From NCBI GenBank assembly GCA_046350735.1, contig JAXLZU010000001.1, positions 76,530 to 140,529 on the forward strand: a DNA stretch of 64,000 bases, written 5' to 3'. The DNA comes from Candidatus Saccharimonadota bacterium (GTDB lineage Bacteria > Patescibacteriota > Saccharimonadia > CAILAD01 > BJGX01). A model generated the notes under the pieces. It had not been told where the DNA came from. It saw nothing but the letters and a program-made list of their open reading frames with translations, and searched no databases. The position numbers and the translations under genes are program-made. How positions within the stretch are numbered: the stretch's first letter is position 1; each line of letters begins with the position of its first letter. Below are positions 26,680-37,229 of the stretch, piece after piece.

Positions 26680-27474
26680 ATGAATATTTTCTGGCAAGAA
26701 CTTAAATACTATCGACGCAGTACAGCTATTTGGATTGTAGTGCTTTGTGCTGTAATGTTGTTATTTCTGTCAGTCTATCCATCACTTTCTACGCAAATTG
26801 ATACATTTCGCGAGATAGTATCTAAATATCCAAAAGCACTGCTTACGGCAATTAATTTTCAATTTTCAATTTTTTATAGTGTGTATGGCCTATTTTCTTA
26901 TATGCTCACATTTATATGGGTTGCAGGGGCTATTATGGCAATGAACTACGGCGTTTCTGTGATTGGCAAAGAGACTTCGGGGCGCACAGCCGACTTTTTA
27001 TTATCCAAACCAGTTGGGAGAGTTAGAGTGCTGAGTGAAAAATTTGCTGCCACGTTTGTACTGATACTCATAACAAACATTTTCTTTACGAGCCTAACAT
27101 TTTTGGGTGCCAAAGTTATTTCTAATACTGGATTTAGTGAAAAAAGTTTCTTATTACTTAGCGTAAGCTTGTTTTTTATTCAGCTATTCTTTGTGACGCT
27201 TGGTTTTTTGGTAGGTACAATGTCTCGCAAAATACGATCAGTCATCTCAGTGACGCTTCCTACTGTTTTTGGATTTTATACTGTAGGCGCTTTGGCCGCC
27301 ATAGTAGATAAGCCTTTTGCTTACTACCTCACACCATTTAAGTATTTTGATGCTACGTATATTTTTCAAAACAATCATTACCAATATACCTATCTTATTG
27401 TGCTTGCAGTTTTTGTCTTGGTTTGTCTCGCTGGTAGTTATAGTATCTATTTACACAAGGATATCACCGACTAA
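26680..27474 (+). CDS. ABC-2 transporter permease
   Basis: KETSGRTADFLLSKPV.R, TPFKYF; multi-TM. Confidence 0.85.
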   Translation: MNIFWQELKYYRRSTAIWIVVLCAVMLLFLSVYPSLSTQIDTFREIVSKYPKALLTAINFQFSIFYSVYGLFSYMLTFIWVAGAIMAMNYGVSVIGKETSGRTADFLLSKPVGRVRVLSEKFAATFVLILITNIFFTSLTFLGAKVISNTGFSEKSFLLLSVSLFFIQLFFVTLGFLVGTMSRKIRSVISVTLPTVFGFYTVGALAAIVDKPFAYYLTPFKYFDATYIFQNNHYQYTYLIVLAVFVLVCLAGSYSIYLHKDITD

Positions 27475-28283
27475 TGCAAATGATTTGGCATGAGTTAAAA
27501 AGCAATCTCAAAGGTCTGATTGGCTGGACTATTGCAGTAATTATCTTTCAGCTTAGTGGTTATAGTAAATACCAAGGTTTTGCTGCAGCCGAAAGTTCTA
27601 ACTCGCTAAATTCTATTACCAATGTATTTCCGCCCGCTTTGCAAGCATTATTTGGAATGAGCAATCTCAATATTGGTACCCTGATTGGTTATTTTGGTAT
27701 ATTGTATGTGTATTTTGCACTAATGGGCTGTATATATTCTGGCTTGCTTGGTGCTAACATTATTGCTAAAGAAGAGCGAGATAAGACATCAGAATTTTTG
27801 TATACTCGGCCGGTAAGTCGAAATAAAGCACTCACTGCCAAAGTTACTGTAGGAATCTTTAATAGTGTATTCTTATGGGCGGTTATTGTAATAAGCTCGA
27901 TTATTGGTGTGGCTATTACAAATAGTTATCATTTTTCATTAAGTGGCCAGGTAATGCAAATGATGTGGGGAATATTACTAATGCAAATATTTTTCTTTTG
28001 TCTTGGTATGTTTTTTGCTGGGCTGTTTAAACGGCCTAAATTACCTACTACTGCTATAACAATATCTATTGTCGGAGCGTATTTTTTGGCAGCTTTTGCA
28101 GATTTGAATGTTAGTCTAAATTGGTTGCGTTTTTTTACACCATTTCGTTGGTTTAGTGCGCCTAGCATTGTTAATACAGGCCATGTAGCTTTAGGGTACA
28201 CTGTGTTAGCTATTATATTTTCACTAGTATTAATAACTTTCGGTTTTGTCTTGTTTGATAGGCGTGACATTACTGTTGGATAA
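27474..28283 (+). CDS. ABC-2 transporter permease
   Basis: KEERDKTSEFLYTRPVSR, TPFRWF, FDRRDI. Confidence 0.85.
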   Translation: MQMIWHELKSNLKGLIGWTIAVIIFQLSGYSKYQGFAAAESSNSLNSITNVFPPALQALFGMSNLNIGTLIGYFGILYVYFALMGCIYSGLLGANIIAKEERDKTSEFLYTRPVSRNKALTAKVTVGIFNSVFLWAVIVISSIIGVAITNSYHFSLSGQVMQMMWGILLMQIFFFCLGMFFAGLFKRPKLPTTAITISIVGAYFLAAFADLNVSLNWLRFFTPFRWFSAPSIVNTGHVALGYTVLAIIFSLVLITFGFVLFDRRDITVG

Positions 28284-28349
28284 ACGCTTGTAAAAAAATG
28301 TGCACCAGGGTGTATAATATAAACATAACATTAATTAAAGGAGTACAGT

Positions 28350-28754
28350 ATGGCTTCAAATAATAAAGAAGTAACTGGCTGGGTCGGTTGGGTGGCCTTT
28401 GCCGGTATATATATGGTAATTGCTGGTATTTTCCAGTTAATTGTCGGTTTCGTAGCATTGTTTAAAAATGATATCTACTTGGTAGGTAAAAGTACCGTAT
28501 GGTTTTTTGACTATTCAACCTGGGGTTGGATACATATGTTGATTGGCCTTATTGTTTTGCTTGTTGGCTTGGCAATCTTGGCTGGTCAAACATGGGGAAG
28601 AGTGGTAGGTGTAATTATGGTGGCAATTAGTTTAATTGCTACTTTTGCATTCTTGCCAATTTACCCATTCTGGTCAGTTGTTGTTTTAGTAGTTGATGCA
28701 TTAATTCTTTATGCATTAATAGCCCATGGTGGCGAAATGAAGGAAATGGAATAA
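28350..28754 (+). CDS. Conserved 4-TM membrane protein
   Basis: GWVAFAG, WGWIH, WGRVVG, PIYPFWS; SD AAGGAG. Confidence 0.75.
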   Translation: MASNNKEVTGWVGWVAFAGIYMVIAGIFQLIVGFVALFKNDIYLVGKSTVWFFDYSTWGWIHMLIGLIVLLVGLAILAGQTWGRVVGVIMVAISLIATFAFLPIYPFWSVVVLVVDALILYALIAHGGEMKEME

Positions 28755-28780
28755 CCCAATATATTCTCTCTAACTTCACA

Positions 28781-28807
28781 AAAAACCCATTTGATAATGG
28801 GTTTTTT
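28781..28807 (+). terminator. Rho-independent terminator
   Basis: AAAAACCCATT-TGAT-AATGGGTTTTTT. Confidence 0.7.
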
Positions 28808-28845
28808 GTTTATAAATAGTATTTAGGTTTATAATAAGCAAAAGC

Positions 28846-30108
28846 ATGTTAAAACAGAGCAAAACCAAACAGTCTTTCTGGAGACACCATCGAGTTTTCT
28901 TAGTAATTCTAACTATGGTTGTTCTGATACTTCTTATTCTTATAGGTATTTTAGGATATCAACAGTATCAGGCTAATCAATATCAAAATAGTATTAGCTC
29001 GTTCTATAATACGAGTAACTTACCTCTCAATGGACCACTTGGCCAAGTTGTAAGAAGCGAGCCGCTTGGGCAAACAGTGCCAGGCGGAAGTGCACAGAGA
29101 ATCTTATATCGTACTCAAAGAGCTGACGGCACACCAACATTTGCTTCAGGTATTGTTTTTATTCCCAGTTTATCAACTACGACACCTCGTCCAGTTGTTG
29201 CCTGGGCGCACGGCACAATCGGCATGGGGCCACAATGTGCGCCATCACGTAATGCCAATTCTGTAGCTAGTATTGATTGGATTAGCTTGATGATGCAGCG
29301 AGGGTGGGTAGTAGCCGCTACAGATTATGCAGGGCTTGGAACACCGGGCATTGAAGAATATTTGATAGGCAATAGTGAATCAAACGACGTTCTTAATAGT
29401 GTTAGGGCAGCACGAAATATTACTAGTGCGCAAGCCGGCAATGTATTTACCGTCTGGGGACACTCACAGGGTGGACACTCAGCACTCTTTACCGCCAAAA
29501 ATGCCGCAAGTTATGCACCAGAGTTACAGCTAGTAGGTACAGCAGCAACTGCTCCTGCCGCAGAACTTGTACCGCTCTTTAACGAGCAGAATGGCCAAGC
29601 AATAGATTGGGTAATTGGTCCTGAGGCAATTATTTCTTGGCCATCAGTGTATGCCAATCTCAATGCCCAGGATGTCTTGACTTCTGCCGGTAAGAATAAT
29701 TACCAACAAATTGCTCAAAAATGCATTGATGCTGCAGCAATAAGTGGCATTGTTCGTAATGGTTTGCATCAACAGTTCTTTAATACCAATATTATGAATA
29801 TTCCCGCTTGGAAAACTGCTGCACAGGCCCAAACTGCACCAATATTAAAGCCAAACCAACCAGTTTTTGTTGGTGAAACGTTGGCCGACCAAGTTGTATT
29901 GCCCAACACAACAGCCCTATATATTCAGCAAGCTTGCGCGGCAAACTCAAATTTAACTTCTCTGTGGCTAAATGATGTAGGTCATATACAACTACAGACT
30001 GTGATAGCTCCAGCAGTAATTAATTGGCTTGGAGATAGATTTGCAAGTCGAACAAATATTTCTACCTGCAATCAGCCATTACCTATCGCGCCAGCACAAT
30101 CTAGCTAG
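28846..30108 (+). CDS. Membrane-anchored secretory lipase (LIP family alpha/beta hydrolase)
   Basis: WAHGT.G...CAPS, TDYAGLGTPG, WGHSQGG. Confidence 0.85.
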   Translation: MLKQSKTKQSFWRHHRVFLVILTMVVLILLILIGILGYQQYQANQYQNSISSFYNTSNLPLNGPLGQVVRSEPLGQTVPGGSAQRILYRTQRADGTPTFASGIVFIPSLSTTTPRPVVAWAHGTIGMGPQCAPSRNANSVASIDWISLMMQRGWVVAATDYAGLGTPGIEEYLIGNSESNDVLNSVRAARNITSAQAGNVFTVWGHSQGGHSALFTAKNAASYAPELQLVGTAATAPAAELVPLFNEQNGQAIDWVIGPEAIISWPSVYANLNAQDVLTSAGKNNYQQIAQKCIDAAAISGIVRNGLHQQFFNTNIMNIPAWKTAAQAQTAPILKPNQPVFVGETLADQVVLPNTTALYIQQACAANSNLTSLWLNDVGHIQLQTVIAPAVINWLGDRFASRTNISTCNQPLPIAPAQSS

Positions 30109-30166
30109 GTGTAGATAACAATGTTCTAAAACGCTTTAGTTGGGGTTATAATAAAGCATAACTTAT

Positions 30167-30985
30167 ATGAACAAAAAATATTCAAAACTCGATATCCTGC
30201 GTTGGGTAATTCTAATAATAATAGCCATTACAAACATATACATAGTAAAAAATCCTGTACTATCTTTGCTAATATTCTTGTTACCAATCACTTTTGTATT
30301 CTTACATAGTGGTAATTATTTTGGTTGGGTGCATACCCTCATTATGTTTGTACTAATTATTGCAATTGGATTTTTAGGAGAATATCTTGGTGTTCATACA
30401 GGAGTAATCTTTGGTAATTACTATTACAACCCTAGCCCCAATGTAAACGGATTTCTTATAGGAGGTGTGCCACCACTAGTAACATTTAGTTATGTATCGA
30501 TGGGCTATACCTGTTATATTTTGTCACGAATTATTTTAGGCTACTACAAGAAGGTAACTGGTTGGATGGTATTGGGTATCGCGGCAATGGCTGCAGTATT
30601 TATGGTAATTTGGGATATGTGTTTTGATCCAACCTCTTCTATTGTCCAGCATCTTTGGACATGGCAGAAGGGAGGTGCCTACTTTGGTGAGCCCTTTCAA
30701 AATTTTACGGGTTGGTTTATGGTAACCTTTACATTTTTTGTGGCTATAGGACTGTATTTGTGGTGGCGTTCGAAACCCAAAGACTATATTGCTAAGCCAA
30801 GCAAACTATTTTTATTAGAACCAATTATTCTTTTTGCCGCCAGTGCATTCTCTATCGTTGTTAAAGAAATGTCTCCAAGCCCAACTGTACTGCAGCAAAA
30901 TCTTGCTCTCATTGCATTATTTGGTATGGGTACAATTATACTAATTGCGGTATTACGGTTACTAACTACGAAAGGTTTTCACTAA
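30167..30985 (+). CDS. CruF-like carotenoid biosynthesis membrane protein
   Basis: EYLGVHTGVIFGNYYY, GVPP, WDMCFDP, W.W..GG.YFG.P.QNF.GW. Confidence 0.8.
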   Translation: MNKKYSKLDILRWVILIIIAITNIYIVKNPVLSLLIFLLPITFVFLHSGNYFGWVHTLIMFVLIIAIGFLGEYLGVHTGVIFGNYYYNPSPNVNGFLIGGVPPLVTFSYVSMGYTCYILSRIILGYYKKVTGWMVLGIAAMAAVFMVIWDMCFDPTSSIVQHLWTWQKGGAYFGEPFQNFTGWFMVTFTFFVAIGLYLWWRSKPKDYIAKPSKLFLLEPIILFAASAFSIVVKEMSPSPTVLQQNLALIALFGMGTIILIAVLRLLTTKGFH

Positions 30986-30987
30986 GA

Positions 30988-32652
30988 ATGGACATTGATA
31001 AAAATACAAAACAGAATATTGCAGCTGCACTTTGGCTAGATGAATATAATGAGGAAAAAATAGATAAAGACTTGCTACAACAAATTAATTCCGATAAAAA
31101 CTCATCTACTCAAATAGGTGCACGTATGCGACATTATTTGCAGTGGCTGAAAGACAATCAACAAACTCATAATCCTAATTACAGTAAACGTTATACATTA
31201 TTAACAAGCTTGGTGGGCGATATTAATGTACAAGCTGCCTATGTAATTGCAATGAAATTCTTGGGAAATAACGCAACCCAGGGATTTGAGGAAATGCCGA
31301 GCGTTTCTAATATAACGTTTCCCCGTGATCATGCACCACAGTTACGTAGCCAAGTTGGTTGGCATTTCTTTGTTGGTAGTGCTTGGGATGAAGATGGAGA
31401 AGAGTATGGAATAGAATTAATGTTTTTTAGAATTGCACTTTTGCCACCGAATATGGCCAATCAACTTGGTATTAGTGATATAGAAAATCAAATTGTAGAA
31501 ATTCAACTTGGAATATCTAAGGCAGGTGAAAGACATTATCAGGCAGAACCGATTGTAGTTGCCGGTACCTCAGGACTTATAGATATTATACCTAACCCAC
31601 TGCGTTACACTGTAGGTAAAAATGAAATTCGTGTTGACAAAAAAGACTCATTCTTTCCGATAAATGTTAAAGCCCAAGGTGATGATAATGGTCAGAGCCC
31701 TGCGGTAAGATTGGGTGTAGACCTTACTTTTACAAATGGTAGAGAATATCTTTACCAGGGTGACGATGGTTGTATGCCATGTGTTGCCGGAATGGGTACA
31801 CTCTATTATTCAATACCCAACTTAACTCTTAAGTCTGGCAGCTCAATTGTATATAAAGGTAAAAAAGTGACTCTTAAGAAAGGTACATTTTGGTTTGATC
31901 ATCAGTGGGGATTCTTGGGTGGTAATTCTCATTCTGCCATTCTTCGGGCTGCAAACAATATTGGCAAACCTATGCAGATGGGCTGGGATTGGTATATGGC
32001 CCAATTCGTAGGTAATAGACAACTAACAATGTTTGCTTCGCATAGTCCTGCTAATAAGCAATTTTATTTTCAGACAGGGCCAAAAGAGCCCGGTACAATG
32101 ACAGTTGATGTTGCGGGTAAGTATATGGATGAGAACAAAAAACTACACAATACATGGGGCACTCTAGTAATCGATAAATGGGTAAAAAGCGAAGCAAGCC
32201 CTAACCCAGATAAGTACCCAATAACGCACACGTGGCATCCTAACCACTGGAAGTTTGCATTCGACAAAACACTACCAGAGGAAATTCGTAACTTTGAGCT
32301 TCATCAGATTGTTCCGGTAGCTCAAACCAATTATTTTGCAAATGGATCACAGTATAATGAGGGTGCCGTGTATATTACTAATCCAGAAGGTAAGGATATA
32401 GGACGTGGTTTTGCCGAGGCTGTGCAATATGCCGACTGTACTGATAACATGATTAAATTGGCCGGATTTAATTACACAAAAGAAATTCACAATCTTTTTT
32501 CTCAGAGCGCTTCTTGGCCACGCAAATTATCTAGCTTATTGTATGTACTAGTGCATCAAAAAGAATTAAAGAAAACACTCTCTAGCGCAAAAGGAATGGA
32601 GTTCTTTAGTCGACCCAGTAAATCATCACCCAAAGTGAGCTCGAGACATTAA
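30988..32652 (+). CDS. CrtC/AttH-like lipocalin-fold protein
   Basis: FPRDHAP...WHFFVG, YYS.P, WFDHQWG, GWDWY, YNEGA...GRGFAE. Confidence 0.7.
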   Translation: MDIDKNTKQNIAAALWLDEYNEEKIDKDLLQQINSDKNSSTQIGARMRHYLQWLKDNQQTHNPNYSKRYTLLTSLVGDINVQAAYVIAMKFLGNNATQGFEEMPSVSNITFPRDHAPQLRSQVGWHFFVGSAWDEDGEEYGIELMFFRIALLPPNMANQLGISDIENQIVEIQLGISKAGERHYQAEPIVVAGTSGLIDIIPNPLRYTVGKNEIRVDKKDSFFPINVKAQGDDNGQSPAVRLGVDLTFTNGREYLYQGDDGCMPCVAGMGTLYYSIPNLTLKSGSSIVYKGKKVTLKKGTFWFDHQWGFLGGNSHSAILRAANNIGKPMQMGWDWYMAQFVGNRQLTMFASHSPANKQFYFQTGPKEPGTMTVDVAGKYMDENKKLHNTWGTLVIDKWVKSEASPNPDKYPITHTWHPNHWKFAFDKTLPEEIRNFELHQIVPVAQTNYFANGSQYNEGAVYITNPEGKDIGRGFAEAVQYADCTDNMIKLAGFNYTKEIHNLFSQSASWPRKLSSLLYVLVHQKELKKTLSSAKGMEFFSRPSKSSPKVSSRH

Positions 32653-32828
32653 TGAGTATGAAAGAGAAAAATCGCAAAAATATTATTGCTGCAGTTGTTG
32701 GTGTGCTACTTCTTGCTATGATAGTAGCTGGTATTACGTATTTCATACATCTACAAAATGAAACCCGTGAAAAAAACCTTAAAATTACCCCAACCTTTAC
32801 CGGTCCGCCAACACAAGCCAATCAATAA
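32652..32828 (+). CDS. 58-aa single-TM microprotein
   Basis: Hand-read MSMKEKNRKNIIAAVVGVLLLAMIVAGITYFIHLQ...*; start overlaps the upstream stop. Confidence 0.5.
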   Translation: MSMKEKNRKNIIAAVVGVLLLAMIVAGITYFIHLQNETREKNLKITPTFTGPPTQANQ

Positions 32829-32880
32829 TTACAGTCCAATTTCAGGAAAAATTCAGCTAACCTGGGTTACAATACGGACT

Positions 32881-33564
32881 ATGCGAATACTTATTGTCGA
32901 AGACGAACATAAAATAGCCAATGCTCTCAAACGAGGACTCGAGCAAGAATCTTATGCGGTTGACGTTGAATATGATGGTGAGGATGGATTGCAGGCGGCA
33001 CTAAATGAAGATTATGATTTGTTAATTCTTGATAGGATGTTGCCAGGTGTTGAAGGGATGGAGATTTGCCGACGAGTTAGAGAGAAAAATATTCACTGTC
33101 CAATAATTATGCTCACCGCAAAAGATCAGATAAAAGATCGCGTAGCGGGGTTAAATTCTGGTGCAGATGATTATTTAATAAAACCATTTGCCTTTGAGGA
33201 GTTACTAGCTAGAATTAAAGCCTTATTACGTAGACCGCAAGACAACCTTGGCACAGTATTAAAGTCTGACAATCTTACTCTCGACACAGTAAATTATGAA
33301 GTAAAGAGAGATAAAAAACCTATTGCATTATCATCTAAAGAATACGCTTTGCTTTATTATTTGCTACGAAATCAAAATAGAGTGTTGAGTAAAGACACGA
33401 TAATATCACATGTCTGGGATTTTGATGCTGATGTTTTACCGAATACCGTTGAAGTTTATATGGGGTACTTGCGTAACAAGATAGACAAACCATTTACGGG
33501 CCCGAATCTTATCCACACTATTAGAGGGTTTGGATATAGGTTTGGGGTAGACAAACATGTATAG
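32881..33564 (+). CDS. OmpR-family response regulator
   Basis: MRILIVEDE, LILDRMLPG, GADDYLIKPF, TIRGFGY; start at ATG 32881 after TACAAT. Confidence 0.92.
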   Translation: MRILIVEDEHKIANALKRGLEQESYAVDVEYDGEDGLQAALNEDYDLLILDRMLPGVEGMEICRRVREKNIHCPIIMLTAKDQIKDRVAGLNSGADDYLIKPFAFEELLARIKALLRRPQDNLGTVLKSDNLTLDTVNYEVKRDKKPIALSSKEYALLYYLLRNQNRVLSKDTIISHVWDFDADVLPNTVEVYMGYLRNKIDKPFTGPNLIHTIRGFGYRFGVDKHV

Positions 33565-34591
33565 ACTTGCTCGTTTTTGGCGTGATTTAAGCCCAGCACT
33601 TAAGCTAACCATTGCATACTTAAGTATCTTAATGTTGATTAGTTTATTTTTTAGCATTGTCTTATACAACTTAGCTGCAAATCAACTAGAGAGTAGTTTG
33701 CGTCGACAATATGTAAAGTTAACACCAGGTAGCACTATAGTTATTCCACGTGGCCCTAATCCTGTGCAAGTAGAAGAAGAAATACAAAATGCTCGCCAAA
33801 ATCTTTTACTAGAATTAATATATTTTAATGCAATTATTTTGGCGCTTAGTGGACTAATAAGTTATTTGTTAGCGCGACAAACGGTAAAGCCAATAGAAGA
33901 TGCTCTGGAGGCGCAAAGTCGTTTTACTGCCGATGCTAGCCATGAGCTACGTACGCCGCTAGCAGCCATGCAGACCGAGATAGAAATAGCTTTGCGAGCA
34001 AAAAAAATCCCCACTGCAGAGGCACGCGAGCTGTTACAGAGCAACCTTGAAGAAGTAATTAAGCTACGTAATTTATCGGATGGTCTGCTTCGTTTGGCCA
34101 GAGCCGACAGTAGTGGTAAAAGTCTTGCGACGTCAAAAATTAACCTCGCTAAGGTAGTAAAAGAGGCCACCGAGCGAGTTGCAACAGCTGCCAAAAGCAA
34201 ACAAATAAAGATAAAAAACGAAGTAAACACCGTTTGGGTAGCAGCAGAAAAAGAAAGTCTTATCGATCTTATTGTTATATTGCTCGATAATTCAATAAAA
34301 TATAGTGATAAAAAAACTGAGGTGAAAATTATGTATAGCACTTCAGCAAATCATGTAAAACTATCTGTTAGTGACAATGGTCCGGGAATTGCAAAAAAAG
34401 ATTTAGAACATATTTTTGAAAGATTTTATCGATCAGATAACTCTCGAACAAAAAAACCAGATAGTGGATATGGCCTCGGACTATCGATAGCTGCAAAAAT
34501 TGCTCAACTACATGGCGGCAGTATTGGTGTAAAAAGTGCAGAAGGTAAAGGCTCAGTATTTACAGTTGTTTTATTAAAATGTAATTCTTAG
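33557..34591 (+). CDS. Sensor histidine kinase
   Basis: ASHELRTPL, LLDNSIKYS, DNGPGI, FERFYR, GYGLGLSI. Confidence 0.92.
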   Translation: MYRLARFWRDLSPALKLTIAYLSILMLISLFFSIVLYNLAANQLESSLRRQYVKLTPGSTIVIPRGPNPVQVEEEIQNARQNLLLELIYFNAIILALSGLISYLLARQTVKPIEDALEAQSRFTADASHELRTPLAAMQTEIEIALRAKKIPTAEARELLQSNLEEVIKLRNLSDGLLRLARADSSGKSLATSKINLAKVVKEATERVATAAKSKQIKIKNEVNTVWVAAEKESLIDLIVILLDNSIKYSDKKTEVKIMYSTSANHVKLSVSDNGPGIAKKDLEHIFERFYRSDNSRTKKPDSGYGLGLSIAAKIAQLHGGSIGVKSAEGKGSVFTVVLLKCNS

Positions 34592-34629
34592 TCTTCTAAC
34601 AACATATCTGATAGGATAGATGTACCACT

Positions 34630-35277
34630 ATGAAAAAATCTAAAGAAGTTCAAATATTTAGTGTTCAACTAGAAAATTGGCTTAACGGAAACACGCCAAA
34701 AACTCTTGGCGGGTTGCGCGATGTCTTTGCTGAAAAGAGCTTTGCTATAACCTTTATCTTATTAATGGCGGTGCCTGCCTTACCATTGCCTACCGGAGGT
34801 ATTACCCATGTTTTCGAAATTATTGTAATGCTTATGAGCTTTCAGATGATGCTAGGATTTCAGAAGTTCTGGCTACCAAAGAAATTACAAAAGACCAAGT
34901 TAAAATCTCTCACTCATCCAAAGACAGTAAACAAGATTACACGATTGGTTCAGTGGTTTGAGAGACACTCAAAACCACGTCTGGCAGAAGGAATTCAAAC
35001 CAAAGGATTTGTGTCGGTTTCGGCGGCAGTAATTTTTATTTTTACACTTGCTGCTTTTTTATCACCACCATTTTCTGGTCTAGATACGTTGCCGGCTCTT
35101 GGCGTAGTAATTCTCTCAGTAGGTATTCTTCTAGAAGACATAATTGTGGTAATACTAGGAGTAATCTTTGGGATAATTGGTATAGCACTGTCATTATTTT
35201 TAGGCGACACAATTATTGTCTTTATACACAATTGTATCTCGAGCGTACAATCGGTGTGCAGACAAGTTATTAAGTAA
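34630..35277 (+). CDS. ExoD-family exopolysaccharide synthesis membrane protein
   Basis: PALPLP, QMMLG...WLP, RL..FER.SKPRL, P....TLPA. Confidence 0.75.
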   Translation: MKKSKEVQIFSVQLENWLNGNTPKTLGGLRDVFAEKSFAITFILLMAVPALPLPTGGITHVFEIIVMLMSFQMMLGFQKFWLPKKLQKTKLKSLTHPKTVNKITRLVQWFERHSKPRLAEGIQTKGFVSVSAAVIFIFTLAAFLSPPFSGLDTLPALGVVILSVGILLEDIIVVILGVIFGIIGIALSLFLGDTIIVFIHNCISSVQSVCRQVIK

Positions 35278-35362
35278 CAATCTCATTCTCACAGTCTTGC
35301 AATTTGAAGACTCGCAAAATACAATTGCTATTAAGCATAAGAATTAAAATTTAGGAGAAAAA

Positions 35363-35767
35363 ATGACAGATTATACAACGACTACCACTACTAGTAGTGC
35401 TAATGCAGGAGCCATAGGCGCAGTACTAGTTATCTATTGGTTGCTTATTTTGGTAGTTGCTATTTTGGCGATTGCCGGAATGTGGAAGACATTTGCTAAA
35501 GCTGGAAAACCAGGTTGGGCAGCAATTGTTCCAATTTATAATATTATTGTAATGCTAGAGATAATTAACCGACCGCTATGGTGGATTCTTCTCTTCTTTA
35601 TTCCTTTTGTTAATTTAATTGTGTACATTATTATTGCTCTCGATATGGCAAAAGCTTTTGGCAAAAGCACTGCGTTTGGAATTTTTGGACTTTGGATCTT
35701 CAGCTTTATTGGCTATCTAATGCTTGGATTTGGGTCTGCCAAATATGTCGGCGCACCAAACAAATAG
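35363..35767 (+). CDS. DUF5684/DUF805-like membrane protein
   Basis: WKTFAKAGKPGWAAIVPIYN, AKAFGKS, GFGSAKY. Confidence 0.8.
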   Translation: MTDYTTTTTTSSANAGAIGAVLVIYWLLILVVAILAIAGMWKTFAKAGKPGWAAIVPIYNIIVMLEIINRPLWWILLFFIPFVNLIVYIIIALDMAKAFGKSTAFGIFGLWIFSFIGYLMLGFGSAKYVGAPNK

Positions 35768-36008
35768 TATTTGTACTTGGTAATAATCAATATATTCCCG
35801 GGCTTATTGCCCGGGATGATTATTATTGAGCTGATATACTCTTTATATATGAGTAAGTATCGTATAGGTATTATTATATTTCTCGTTCTTGTTTTTGGGA
35901 TACTAGTGTATAAAGCTAGGGATGTAGATTTTCACAAAAATCTCAGGCCGGCTATTTCAATTGATCAACATTAGTTTTACTAGCTTCAGAACTGCTACAA
36001 TATGTAAG

Positions 36009-37172
36009 ATGAACAATAATCAATATTCTCAAAAAGCTCTCGAAGAGCATAAAAAGTTAGCCGGAAAAATACAAACCATAGGTCGTGCCGATCTCACTAA
36101 AGCTGAGCAGTTGTCTACGTATTACACGCCAGGTGTTGGTGCAGTAAGCTCGTATTTGGCCAAACATCCCGAGGAAGTCAAAGACTATACGATTGCTGGC
36201 AATACAGTGGCTGTGGTGTCTGATGGTTCTGCTGTGCTTGGGCTAGGTAATGTCGGCCCAGAAGCGGCCTTACCTGTAATGGAAGGTAAGGCAATGCTGT
36301 TTTCTCAACTAGGGGGAGTGAATGCTTTTCCAATTGTGTTACGTAGTCAGGACACACAAGAAATTATTAATACTATTGTAAATATTGCACCTGTCTTTGC
36401 TGCAATAAATTTAGAAGATATAGCAGCACCGGCATGCTTTGCTATAGAAAAAGCACTGCAAACCAGGCTTACAATACCTGTTGTGCATGACGATCAGCAT
36501 GCTACCGCAATTGCAGTATTGGCAGGGCTTATTAATGCCCTAACAGTTGTTAACAAGCAAGCCGATAAAATTAAGGTTGTTATTCTAGGCGCGGGAGCGG
36601 CGGGTAATGCAGTAGCCAAACTATTAGTTGCGTATGGGGTTGGCGAAATTATTACAGTTGATAGTAGGGGAATTATTTATAAAGGTAGAGAGGAGCTAGA
36701 TGAGTATAAGTCTGAGCTTGCCAATATTACTAATAAAACTGCTATCCAGGGTTTGGCAGAGGACGCTGTAACAGATGCTGATGTTATTATCGGACTTACT
36801 ACAGGTGGTACCATCTTGCCCAACTACATTAAGATGATGAATACACAGCCAATTGTTTTTGCCCTGGCAAACCCTATACCAGAGATTATGCCCGTGGATG
36901 CTTTGCAGGCAGGTGCCGCTGTTGTTGCGACTGGGCGATCTGATTTTGCTAATCAAATTAATAATGTTTTAGTTTTTCCAGGGCTTTTTAAAGGATTGAT
37001 TGAGAGTAGACAAATGGTGGTTAGCGAAGCTATCAAAATTACTGCAGCAACTGCTTTGGCCAAATGTGTTAAAAACCCAGCGCCAGATAATATTGTTCCA
37101 AGTGTTTTTGATGAGCGAGTTGTGCCGGCAATTACCGAAGCACTCACAGCCAAGCATAAGCATAGCACTTGA
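36009..37172 (+). CDS. NAD(P)-dependent malic enzyme
   Basis: YTPGV, DGSAVLGLGN, PVMEGK, INLEDI, HDDQH, GAGAAG, ALANP.PEI, NQINNVLVFPG. Confidence 0.92.
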   Translation: MNNNQYSQKALEEHKKLAGKIQTIGRADLTKAEQLSTYYTPGVGAVSSYLAKHPEEVKDYTIAGNTVAVVSDGSAVLGLGNVGPEAALPVMEGKAMLFSQLGGVNAFPIVLRSQDTQEIINTIVNIAPVFAAINLEDIAAPACFAIEKALQTRLTIPVVHDDQHATAIAVLAGLINALTVVNKQADKIKVVILGAGAAGNAVAKLLVAYGVGEIITVDSRGIIYKGREELDEYKSELANITNKTAIQGLAEDAVTDADVIIGLTTGGTILPNYIKMMNTQPIVFALANPIPEIMPVDALQAGAAVVATGRSDFANQINNVLVFPGLFKGLIESRQMVVSEAIKITAATALAKCVKNPAPDNIVPSVFDERVVPAITEALTAKHKHST

Positions 37173-37229
37173 TTTGCAAGCTTTTTGAGATTACGATAGA
37201 GAAAACAACTTAACATAAGGAACGTTATA

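Noticed and set aside
28768-28778. CTCTAACTTCA as a further att-like repeat
   Set aside because: Only about 9 matching bases, with no core or right arm; could be chance.
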